From: an uncultured Candidatus Peribacteria bacterium | GTDB taxonomy: Bacteria; Patescibacteriota; Gracilibacteria; RBG-16-42-10 | DNA: 64,000 bases | Assembly (NCBI GenBank): GCA_964514565.1 | Contig: CAZERA010000001.1 | Coordinates: 62,001-126,000 of the forward strand | Direction: 5' to 3' | Shown: piece after piece, positions 10,133 through 19,600 of the stretch | Layout: the number at the start of each line of letters is the position of its first letter | Numbering within the stretch: position 1 is the first letter of the stretch | Program-made: the position numbers and the translations under genes | Notes under the pieces: generated by a model | Database searches by the model: none | What the model saw: the letters and a program-made list of their open reading frames with translations, nothing else | Told to the model about the DNA's origin: nothing

Positions 10133-10747
10133 ATGAAATCTTTAAGCTACTTTGTTTTGATTAGTGTTGTGCTACTCAATAGTTTTTTTGCAGCCCCAAC
10201 GTTAGCTGCTTCCGGTGAGAGCATTCACTTGAGCGTGAAAGAAGAGACTGCTACCAGCTTGAGCTTGATTCTCCAAAGTAACACAATTAATAAACCCTTA
10301 ATCGGTATTAGTACCTTGCTGCATTTACCTGAAGGAATCAGCTACCAATCATATGATCCAGGCCAATTTTTCGAACAAGCAAACAACCAAGTGACCTACC
10401 TCATCGCTCCCAAGAAAAATGCCCCGCAGACATTAGTGATCGGCATTGCTAGCTTAGGTAAAGCAGTTCAAAACAGTCAGGGCACAATAGTTACTCTGCA
10501 CTTCCGAAAACAAGCCGGGGCCTCTTCCATCAAAAACCTAGCATTAGCAGACTCAATCGCCAGCGGCAGTGACTCTCAAAAGAGAGTGGATTATAAAGAT
10601 ATTGTTTGGACTGTAGATCGATCCTTGGCAACGACGGGAAGTGAGTTACTACTGGTGATACTGATTAGTTTTTTCATTAGCTTGTCTGTGATTGTGGCTA
10701 AGAAGCTATTTCAAAAGAACATAAATTGCCTTGGACCAACGAGGTAA
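10133..10747 (+). CDS. Secreted cohesin-like protein with LATTG-TM-basic C-terminal anchor
   Basis: Signal peptide; PGQFF...LVIGIASLG...GTIVTLHF; ends LATTGSELLLVILISFFISLSVIVAKKLFQK. Confidence 0.6.
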   Translation: MKSLSYFVLISVVLLNSFFAAPTLAASGESIHLSVKEETATSLSLILQSNTINKPLIGISTLLHLPEGISYQSYDPGQFFEQANNQVTYLIAPKKNAPQTLVIGIASLGKAVQNSQGTIVTLHFRKQAGASSIKNLALADSIASGSDSQKRVDYKDIVWTVDRSLATTGSELLLVILISFFISLSVIVAKKLFQKNINCLGPTR

Positions 10748-10865
10748 GAAGTAAAAGGGAAGAGTGAAGAAGTATATAAGTCAGGAAATAATCAGAGTTC
10801 CCTCCGCAATTGCGGACAGCTAGCCCATACACTTTTTACTTCTTACGTATTACCTTTTACCTCCC
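10741..10865. repeat. Heptamer-armed inverted-repeat element with palindrome TCCGCAATTGCGGA, copy 1
   Basis: Purine arm 10741-10777, palindrome 10803-10816, pyrimidine arm 10827-10865. Confidence 0.9.
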
Positions 10866-10902
10866 AAGATGGTATAATCACTTGAATACTCAAAAAACAA
10901 AC

Positions 10903-12495
10903 ATGCCAAATACAAAAACTAAAAAGCCTAAGCACGTACCTAAAGCTAAAGCAAAGCCAAGTCTATTTTGGAATTGGATTGCTGGTCTCAGTCAAAAGAA
11001 AGTGACAAAAGTCGCTCATCCTCGCACGGTGATTGCGAGAAAAGCATTGACAAAAAGAACGATCGGCGCAAAGAGTAATCGCAAGGTAGACATTACTATC
11101 GTCGGACTTGGTTTAGTAATTGCTATCATTTTTGGTAGCAGCAATATCCAAAATTTATTTAAAGCTAGTATTCTTTCACTCAATCAAAAAAGCGCCATTG
11201 TGACATCAGCACGCGCTCGATTAGGGATCGGTTACCAATTGGGTGGCCAAGGTCCTACTAGTTTTGACTGTTCTGGTTTTACCGGTTCGGTAATGAAAGA
11301 AGCACTCAACATCACCCTCCCCAGAACATCTCGCGATCAATACACCGTAGGACGCAATATTGCTTTTGCTGACCTAGGTGTCGGTGACTTGGTATTTTTC
11401 AAAACATCAGGTGGCGAAGATATCTCGCATGTCGGTATTATCACCGCTATCTCTGGCAATGATGTCAAAATGACTCATGCCAATAGTTATACTGGCAAAG
11501 TACAAGAAGAGGACATCAAGAATAGTACATACTGGCAGAAAACTTACTTTGGCGCCCGTGAGATCACCAATGCAACAAAAGACATTGTTGCTCCAAGTAC
11601 ACCAGATGTTACTAAACCAGTCGATCCAGTCTTACAAACCAAACCAGATGAATACAACAGTTACTTCCCACCATCTGAGCTCAATGATGCTCGTATCAAA
11701 GTAGGTGCAGCCACTATCGAACAAAGTACTGATAGTACCAAAATCATTAGTGATACTGTGATTAGAACGACCCCAAGCGCTACTCCAACAGCAACTGTGT
11801 CAGCTTCACCCACCGCTTCAGCACAACCTACAGCTACTGTAGTAGCGACACCAACAACTACTCCTAGTAGCACACCTGCTGTAACTGCATCGCCAAGCGC
11901 TGCACCGACAGCTACAGTTACTGCATCAGCCTCTCCAACCGCTTCAGCACAACCAACAACTCTAGCAAAAGTAAGTACATTTGCAGATGTGGCAACCACC
12001 AACAAAGCATTCTCAGCAATCGAAAAGTTAGCGGCAGCTGGTGTGATCAGCGGGTATGCTGATGGTACATTTAGACCAAACGCACCAGTCACAAGAGCTG
12101 AATTGCTCAAAATGATTTACAAGGCATTAGATAAACCTTTAGCCACAGTAAAAACATCACCATTTAGTGATGTAAAGACTACTCATGAGCTCTTTAGCTA
12201 CATTATCAACGCCTACAATGGTGGCCTAATAAAAGGCTATAACAATAAAACATTCCGCCCAAATCAATCAGTTACTCGTGCAGAAGGTAGCAAAATGATT
12301 TTGAAAGGCTTCGGTATTACGTCAGATATCAGTCGTACGGGTTTCACAGATCTAGATGCCAAGAGTGATCTCACTCCTTATATCGCTTACTTACTGAGCC
12401 AAGAACTCTTGTCAGCCAACAACAATAAAGCACAACCAAACACAGCCCTTACCAGAGCAGATACTGCTTATGTTATTGCCAACTTACTCGACTAA
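10903..12495 (+). CDS. NlpC/P60 peptidoglycan endopeptidase with Thr/Pro/Ala linker and C-terminal SLH domains
   Basis: FDCSG, LPRTS, GDLVFF, SHVGI, THA; repeated ASPTASAQPT linker; GYADGTFRPNAPVTRAE. Confidence 0.9.
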   Translation: MPNTKTKKPKHVPKAKAKPSLFWNWIAGLSQKKVTKVAHPRTVIARKALTKRTIGAKSNRKVDITIVGLGLVIAIIFGSSNIQNLFKASILSLNQKSAIVTSARARLGIGYQLGGQGPTSFDCSGFTGSVMKEALNITLPRTSRDQYTVGRNIAFADLGVGDLVFFKTSGGEDISHVGIITAISGNDVKMTHANSYTGKVQEEDIKNSTYWQKTYFGAREITNATKDIVAPSTPDVTKPVDPVLQTKPDEYNSYFPPSELNDARIKVGAATIEQSTDSTKIISDTVIRTTPSATPTATVSASPTASAQPTATVVATPTTTPSSTPAVTASPSAAPTATVTASASPTASAQPTTLAKVSTFADVATTNKAFSAIEKLAAAGVISGYADGTFRPNAPVTRAELLKMIYKALDKPLATVKTSPFSDVKTTHELFSYIINAYNGGLIKGYNNKTFRPNQSVTRAEGSKMILKGFGITSDISRTGFTDLDAKSDLTPYIAYLLSQELLSANNNKAQPNTALTRADTAYVIANLLD

Positions 12496-13685
12496 GCTTG
12501 AATGGACACACCAATTGCTTGGAGTGCATCCATGAATTGATCAGGCAGCCAGAAAGTTGAACCAATCAGAACAATTAAAAGGAGCAAAGCATAGAGACCA
12601 ACGAGTGCTTTGTTCTTTTTAATTAGATCAACCGGTGTAGCCTGAAGCCAAAGCATCACTAAACGTTTGGTACCAAGGATAGTAAAGAGAATAAAGCCCA
12701 AAGCTAGTAAGCCTAATACTAAATAATTGGTAGCAAAGACAGCAATTATTTGTGAAAACAATAAAAAGACTGTTAAAAACAGTACAGTTGGTGGCATACA
12801 CCAAATCAGCAAAATACTAGCTAGTAGCAAACCGTGTGCCAGTGAGAAGTGGCTGGGAAATGGTTTCACATGTCGCTCAGAGTCAGGTGTTTTTCTAAAA
12901 CGCGCCACCGCCCCACCAATACTACTTAAGATTCGCCAGAAGCCTAAAGTGACCATGGTGCCATTTTCATATTCAAGTAATTCTTCCTCTCCGTCTTGAA
13001 AAAAATACTGGACTAAAGTCACCAACATCAAAGCCACCAAAAAGAACGTAGTGTGAAGCAAGACAGCTAAGCCAGATGATCCACCCGGAGCCCAAAGTAA
13101 AAGTAAGGCCAGCCCCAAGTGAAAACAAAAGAACCAAAGCGACAACCAAAAACGATGGTAATAAAAAATCACCATACCAATCAGAGCAATCACTAACAGT
13201 GCAGTACCAATAATATTAGCTGTAGCTAAGGTAAATACATGCAGATGCATAGCCATTGCCATCACGGTATAAAACCAACTGATCATAGCAATCCCTAGGT
13301 TGATTCGGGCCTTTTTTTGATTAGCAAACCAAATCACCAATACAACGAGAGAAGCTAAAGCCATAGCTGCTTGTTGCCAAAAAGCAGGCATCAGTAAAAC
13401 TGCAAAGGTAAAGAAACTAAAAAGGGTCAAATACACCTGTCCCATCAGTCGTTCAGCTGAAGTTTTTTGGGTACTGATCAAGAGCACTACTACAAAGGTA
13501 AATAGACAAATTAATTGCAGACTCTGTGCCCAAACCAAAAAGATACCAACTGGCAACCACCAGAGTAATCCTGCCTGGCAAACTAATAGTAATAAAACAA
13601 CAGGAAGCAGAGACCAATTTCTCCATCGACCAACAAGAGCAACAACAATAGACAGTACTGGCAGCAGAAGTAAGTAAAGTGACAT
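12492..13685 (-). CDS. Polytopic membrane protein, degenerate HyfF/antiporter-like subunit
   Basis: Many TM helices; CMPPTVLFLTVFLLF resembles GLPPFxxFxSEF; gene order after HyfB-like and HyfC-like genes. Confidence 0.45.
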   Translation of the reverse strand: MSLYLLLLPVLSIVVALVGRWRNWSLLPVVLLLLVCQAGLLWWLPVGIFLVWAQSLQLICLFTFVVVLLISTQKTSAERLMGQVYLTLFSFFTFAVLLMPAFWQQAAMALASLVVLVIWFANQKKARINLGIAMISWFYTVMAMAMHLHVFTLATANIIGTALLVIALIGMVIFYYHRFWLSLWFFCFHLGLALLLLWAPGGSSGLAVLLHTTFFLVALMLVTLVQYFFQDGEEELLEYENGTMVTLGFWRILSSIGGAVARFRKTPDSERHVKPFPSHFSLAHGLLLASILLIWCMPPTVLFLTVFLLFSQIIAVFATNYLVLGLLALGFILFTILGTKRLVMLWLQATPVDLIKKNKALVGLYALLLLIVLIGSTFWLPDQFMDALQAIGVSIQA

Positions 13686-13690
13686 AGTGA

Positions 13691-14476
13691 TTAAGCTAAA
13701 ACGAAATAGGAGAAGAAACCGGCTGACAATAACACCAGCAATACCTGAATAACTGTGGCAATGCGATTAGGAACTTTTTGATAGAACAGCACAGCCAAGC
13801 TTAGAACAACAATAGCAATTACAAACTTTACTACTAAAAACCCTGCAGCCAACAAAAGAGCGCTAGCACTGAAACTGATTGCTAAACTTGCTGGAAACAA
13901 AATAGCACTAGTCCAAAGCACCACTAGCCAGAGACTGGTCCAAAGGGACCACTCATTTAATTTGAATTGACCAGCAACAGAGCCAACCACTCTTCCCCAG
14001 AAGATGAGGATCAACACCAATAGAATAATAGCTGCTACTTGAGCAAGCACACTTAAATGAATTCCATTACTTAGCATCACGGTGCTATGAAAAGATTCGG
14101 TAGCAAAGGCGGCACCCAGAAGCAGAAATAAAAACCCGACATTCCCCAGTAGTACGCTTACTCTTTGAGCGTGATCAGCCGAAAGTAATTGAGCAATAAG
14201 CAAACTAAACCACATAAATATACTATCCCCCATCCAATCAAATGGTGCCCGCAAACTTATCACTGGAATAAGCAGCACCAGCATCATCAGTATTGCCCAA
14301 GCAATCAATGACACCTGATCTGATCCCCGTAACGACACCAGCAAATCTCGATATGGTTGCAGGATTTTCTTGGGATCACGCAAACCAATAGCTGAAGCAA
14401 TACCAGCCAATAAAGGGGCCAGTAACCAAGTCAGGAGCACTTGAGCAAATAGAATAAGCACAATAGTGACAGACAT
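13691..14476 (-). CDS. HyfC/NuoH-like membrane subunit, degenerate
   Basis: LLAPLLAGI...ILQPYRDLLVSLR is the family N-terminal signature. Confidence 0.65.
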   Translation of the reverse strand: MSVTIVLILFAQVLLTWLLAPLLAGIASAIGLRDPKKILQPYRDLLVSLRGSDQVSLIAWAILMMLVLLIPVISLRAPFDWMGDSIFMWFSLLIAQLLSADHAQRVSVLLGNVGFLFLLLGAAFATESFHSTVMLSNGIHLSVLAQVAAIILLVLILIFWGRVVGSVAGQFKLNEWSLWTSLWLVVLWTSAILFPASLAISFSASALLLAAGFLVVKFVIAIVVLSLAVLFYQKVPNRIATVIQVLLVLLSAGFFSYFVLA

Positions 14477-14482
14477 AAGAGA

Positions 14483-16039
14483 TTAAATAGTGGTATCAAT
14501 AGCACGTTTCTGTTTGCTGCTAGCTAGCAAACTAATTACTAACCAAAATAAAACTACCAACAACAAAGCAAAAGGCAGATGAATAGTATTAGCAAATCCA
14601 AGCATACTGATACTATAAGAAGACCAGGTACCTTCTACCAAGGTCCCACTGAGACCCAAGAAGCTAGCAGTGTATGAGCCAAGCCAATTGATGATGCCAC
14701 CAGCGGCAAACACCGCCACTAAAGCAGCAGCAGACCACAGCAATAGTCCCCAATGTGTTACTTGTTTCCAGCCAAGATTTAGTTGTTCAAATGCTGCTGA
14801 TCGATACCAGCTTGCCACAGTATAAAGCAGGCCAACTAAAATTGACGCAACCAAGATAACCAACATAGTAGTATGCCAAGTAGAATCACTTACCAGTACC
14901 ACTGACTGCCAGAGACCTTGGAAGAAAAGCCACAAGGTAGTAAAAAGTCCAGCCCCCCAAATCACCACTCGTGCTTGATTAATAATCTTGTAAGGTCTAG
15001 CCCAATAGTACAAAGCAATATTGATCACCAGGGTAAGTATTCCCCAAAACACAGCCACAGCCCAAATAGAAACGATAGCGGCGATGTTTCCTTGAATAGC
15101 CCACAAGAACAAACCAGTGAGCACCAAAACCAAAGAAAACGCCAAAGACCACAAGGTAAGCACGGTCTTTTTGATCAAGGCATACATACTAAAGAACACC
15201 AGTAACAATAAACCCAAAGCAGCAATTGCTATATCCAACCATAGCGATACTGCTGGGACAAAGAACAACTCTATTCTCAGCAACAAATAAACAATAAAGG
15301 TCAACATCAAAGCACTATACATACCTGCATAATAGTGACCAACCGCTCGAGCAACTTGTTTACCACAAAAAGCCAATGTTACTAAACTGATCACCAAAGT
15401 ACCCAAAACCAACCAGGTAACTGGGTCAGGTAAGGCACCTACACCTTGTACTAGCGCTCCGAAGTAAAGGTTTTGAGCAGATGAAGCAAGCAACATCCAC
15501 ATCACCGTCAGTAAAACTGTACCTACTTCCAATAGCACTAAATAGGTACCAGCTAATTTTTTTTGTACAGCAGGTGCTACCCGCTTACTAAGCAGAATAT
15601 AAAGAAAGCCACCTAAACCAAAACACTGTGATACAAAGATAAAAAATAATACATTGCTACTTGCAACCACTAAAGTAATCATCAGAAACACAGCGTGAGC
15701 TAAAGCATGACCAAGCCAATGTTCATCAGTGCTTTCGGTAGACCAGAAGCTAAAGAAACCAAGCCCAATGATACCGATCAAAAGCAAAAAGAAAGCAGTA
15801 AATATATCGATATGTATCGCAGTAGTAATAGTACGAATACCCTCAAACAACTGAAAATCCAAGCTAGTACCTAGATTGAACAACTGCCAACTCAAATAAA
15901 TCAGCAAGCCACTTCCAAGCAAACCCCAAAATAAAGAGGCCATGCGAGCTACATTCTTCCAACGACCAAACAAGATACTAAAGACGCTGCCGAGACCGAA
16001 TGAGGCGAGTGCAAGGTACAAACTATAAGATAGGGGCAT
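14483..16039 (-). CDS. HyfB/NuoL-like antiporter-type membrane subunit, degenerate
   Basis: IDIFTAFFLLLIGII, VVASSNVLFFIFVSQ, AGTYLVLLEVGT, SALMLTFIVYLLLR. Alternative GTG start at 16045. Confidence 0.6.
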   Translation of the reverse strand: MPLSYSLYLALASFGLGSVFSILFGRWKNVARMASLFWGLLGSGLLIYLSWQLFNLGTSLDFQLFEGIRTITTAIHIDIFTAFFLLLIGIIGLGFFSFWSTESTDEHWLGHALAHAVFLMITLVVASSNVLFFIFVSQCFGLGGFLYILLSKRVAPAVQKKLAGTYLVLLEVGTVLLTVMWMLLASSAQNLYFGALVQGVGALPDPVTWLVLGTLVISLVTLAFCGKQVARAVGHYYAGMYSALMLTFIVYLLLRIELFFVPAVSLWLDIAIAALGLLLLVFFSMYALIKKTVLTLWSLAFSLVLVLTGLFLWAIQGNIAAIVSIWAVAVFWGILTLVINIALYYWARPYKIINQARVVIWGAGLFTTLWLFFQGLWQSVVLVSDSTWHTTMLVILVASILVGLLYTVASWYRSAAFEQLNLGWKQVTHWGLLLWSAAALVAVFAAGGIINWLGSYTASFLGLSGTLVEGTWSSYSISMLGFANTIHLPFALLLVVLFWLVISLLASSKQKRAIDTTI

Positions 16040-16069
16040 ATTCACTTAGAAATTCGTTTGGATTATAGT

Positions 16070-16582
16070 CTGGGGAGATAAGAAGTAAAAGGGAAGAGGT
16101 AAGAAGTGATTGAGCAAAGTGAGGAAGAATCAGTTTTTGTTAGAGAGAGTTTTTACGATGGCTGCTAATAAACGAATAATTTCTTCTACCTCATCGATCT
16201 CATCTTCAAGTGATTCAAGATAGAAGTCGCTAGCTTGTAGCAACATCAACCAATACTTAGTCTCAGCTGCTTCTTTCAATGCAATCCGATTTTTACTCAA
16301 AAAGTCCTTATGACTAGCAGCAAACCCAGCCTCAGCAATATTAGCCCCAATACTAGTGCCACTACGAACCAACTGTTTAGAAAGCAAGAACTCTCTCTGT
16401 CCCTGTAAGCGCGAAGCAAGCTTAATAATCCGTAAAGAAAAATAAAAACTCTTCTCATAAACAATACTAGAAGCCATAAAAAAGAAGTTAAGATCACCAT
16501 CCAGTATACAAATACAAAAATGAAATCGTTACTTCCCCAAATACATTTTTTACCTCTTCCCCCTTACTTCTTACCTCCCCAG
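16070..16582. repeat. Heptamer inverted repeats enclosing the four-helix-bundle gene
   Basis: 16070-16106 CTGGGGAGATAAGAAGTAAAAGGGAAGAGGTAAGAAG is the near-perfect reverse complement of 16546-16582. Confidence 0.9.
16130..16477 (-). CDS. Four helix bundle protein (23S rRNA intervening-sequence protein / Avd-like family)
   Basis: KQLVRSGTSIGANIAEA...DFLSK..IALKEAAETKYWLMLL. Confidence 0.93.
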   Translation of the reverse strand: MASSIVYEKSFYFSLRIIKLASRLQGQREFLLSKQLVRSGTSIGANIAEAGFAASHKDFLSKNRIALKEAAETKYWLMLLQASDFYLESLEDEIDEVEEIIRLLAAIVKTLSNKN

Positions 16583-16673
16583 CAAGGGGGGGCTTGGTAT
16601 CTCAAGCCAAATTATGCTAGAATATAAGGAAGGTCCAAAAAACCCCCAAAAATAAATACCTAAACATAACAGT

Positions 16674-19600
16674 ATGTCATTCCTCTCTCGTCTCTCTAGT
16701 TTGTTTGCTCTTAAGCAAAAAACAGCCGTGAAGCTGATCGCGCTCATGAGTGTTATTGCCTTTGTCGCTAATTTGACTCCGGAGCTCTATCGAGATGTGC
16801 CTAGTCAAGCAGACGAAGGTAGCGGAGATGTGACAGCTGCGGCACCACCAACACCACCAACAAACAACTATATTCTGGTAGATACTTTAGGAAATGGGAA
16901 CCTCGCAACAGCTGCAACTTCATGTATCGTTCGTTTAGCAAATGCTGCCTATCCTACAACAACAGTAACAACTGGTTGTCATTTAGACCAGGCGATTAAA
17001 GTAGTTAATGACACTCCTGGCACCGATACATTTACAATTGCTTTTCACCCACTATCATTCAACCCTGCACCTTTTCATCTTGATCTAACAAGTCTATTAC
17101 CTAACATTGATAGAGCATCAGGAGGTCCAGTCATCTTGGATGGAGCTATGGGGGGATCGAATGTAATGACACTAAATGATAATACAGCTGGCAATAACCA
17201 CTTAAGTCACTTTTTCCGCATATCAAAGAGTGATACCCCTCAAACAGTAACAATTCAAAATTTCGCTTTCTCAAGTCTAGTCATGCCTGGCGCAGCAGCA
17301 ATTACATCAGATATTCTTTCGACAACAACTCATGTTGACCCAGCCGATATCAATAGCCTTAATATCAACCACAACTATTTTGGTACCCGTGATGGATTGA
17401 CTTTAGTAGGATCACAGGCCATTTGGCAAGCTGTGAAGGTGTATGTACCTGCTGGAATTGTGTCTAACATATCAATTACAAATAACGATATATTCAACAG
17501 TGTGGCTGGTATAGAAGTGGGTAGTAGTAGTGACTTTAACGATAAAAGCTGTATAGGTCAGGCATCAGGGTTGTATAATATTAGTGACAATATTATTGGG
17601 CTTAATAAAAACAAAGCGATTACTGATCGAAACTATTCTGGCCCCAATATTCAGGGAGCATGGAGTTTGTTCGGTGTGAAAGTATGTAATCTCAATAGAG
17701 CAGAAATTAAGAGAAATACTATTGCTAACTCTTTAGGATTACTTCCACTTCCTGATGTAGGTATTGATATTCAACAATCGGTACATTTAGTACAGGATAA
17801 TGATATCGGTGTTGTAAAAAACTCAGACGGTACATATGCAACAAATTTTGATTGGGGAATCGTCGGTTATGGAATTAGGGTAATAAAAAACGACGAAAAA
17901 TCATTTATTGTAAATAATAATATTGCTAATATATTTACTATACTAGCACCATCTGCTGTTAATCTTTATTGTACAAACATATTCCAGTCTATTTATGATC
18001 CTACTCAGGCAGATACTAACGCCTGCGGCGGCACAGGGATAAATCTTTACTGGGTAAAAAATGAATCAATTTATAATAATACTATTGGTAACGAAATCAC
18101 CCCAAACCTTGGTTATGGTATTGAGATTCTTGGTGGGATGGGACAGAACAGCAGCAGTAGCACTGTCGGTGGAGGAGCTAATATTGAGTACCAACCATCA
18201 TCATCAAATGAAATATTTAAGAACACTCTTAAATATAATCTAGCTGACGGTATACAAGTACGATCAATTTCTAATTTGGATCCAGACAACCTAGCTCCCA
18301 CCAATCAAACATGTACGACTTCTCAGACTTCATTAGATCCCTTAAATCCTACAACAGAAGTAACAACTAACAACTGCGAAAATACTTTAATTCAAAATTC
18401 ATTGGTTCGTAACGGACCATACAATGGCGCAAACTTCTGTATCGAGTCACAGTGTACTGGTAGCCCAGAAGGTGGTATCGGTATCGATTTAAAACGTCAT
18501 AATGATGCAACTGAACAAAAGTATCTTACCATTACAGCTCCTTATACTGGATCAGGTACTACTAATGACAGTGACATAACTGAAAACGATACTAACGATA
18601 CTGACCTAGGTGGTAATGATGTGCTTAATACACCAGTACTTTACGGTAGTGGCGCAGACGAAAGCAGTATGAGCACAGCTAGAACAATTAGAGGTAACTT
18701 ATCACAAAGTCAAAATGGTCGTTATTGGGTAGAAGCATTTGCAGTAAACTGTCCTGCTGAATTCAACAGCACTACTCCTACGATAGCATGGGCAAACTCT
18801 GCGACAAATTGTGATACCGACAGTCCAAGTCTAGATGATCAAACAGATCATAAAACTTTTGGTCAAGGCTTCAAATTCCTTTGTGGAGCTTACGTCAATA
18901 AGACAACAAGCCCAGCAAACTGGTCTTGTGATCCTAGTGACTTCGGCAATACATTCGCAGGTGGGTTAGTTACTTCAACAGTTTCTTCATTGACCGCGCC
19001 TATCTCTAGCACAGGAATTTCATCAACTGCTAGTGATCCACCTCCAAACACTCAACCTGATACATCAGTAGTTCTGGTGACACCAACAGCTCCATCTGTA
19101 TTAATAGGTTTCCCTGGACTTACTCCTTTGAATGCTCCAAGATTTTCATGCGAAGCCATCACTACATACATATCACGTACAAGCAGTACTAGTGGTTGTG
19201 TAGGACAATTAGACCGATTCTCTCCTACTACTACAGACGTAATTCTTGGTACTATGTTAGAACAACTCACCAATACCTCTGAGTTTAGTCGGAACGCTTT
19301 CGTGCCAGCTGCCGACTTGGGACTAACAAAAACTGTACGTACTTGTACTGGACCATTACCTGCAGATTGTGCAGGCGAAACATTTTCGTCTTCAGTAAGT
19401 ACTGAGCCAGGCGAATATGTTGAGTTCAGAATTGAAGGACTAAACAACTCTGAAGCCCCTGCTTCAAGCGTTAATATCACAGATCAATTACCTTCTGAGT
19501 TTTCTTGGACAAGTGGGACATGTAATTACTTTACTAACCTGTCAACCGCACCAACAGATCGTCCATCTACCGGGTCACTCAACTGTACTTCTGCAAACGA

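Noticed and set aside
11661..12110. Antisense ORFs over low-complexity genes (also 19052, 46777, 51771 and similar)
   Set aside because: They are shadows of Thr/Ala/Pro-rich sense genes with no independent motifs.
12492..16039. Functional NiFe hydrogenase or complex I
   Set aside because: No catalytic or Fe-S subunits nearby, and the conserved charged residues appear absent.
16130..16477. Diversity-generating retroelement suggested by the Avd-like fold
   Set aside because: No reverse transcriptase and no TR/VR pair with adenine-specific mismatches seen in the window.
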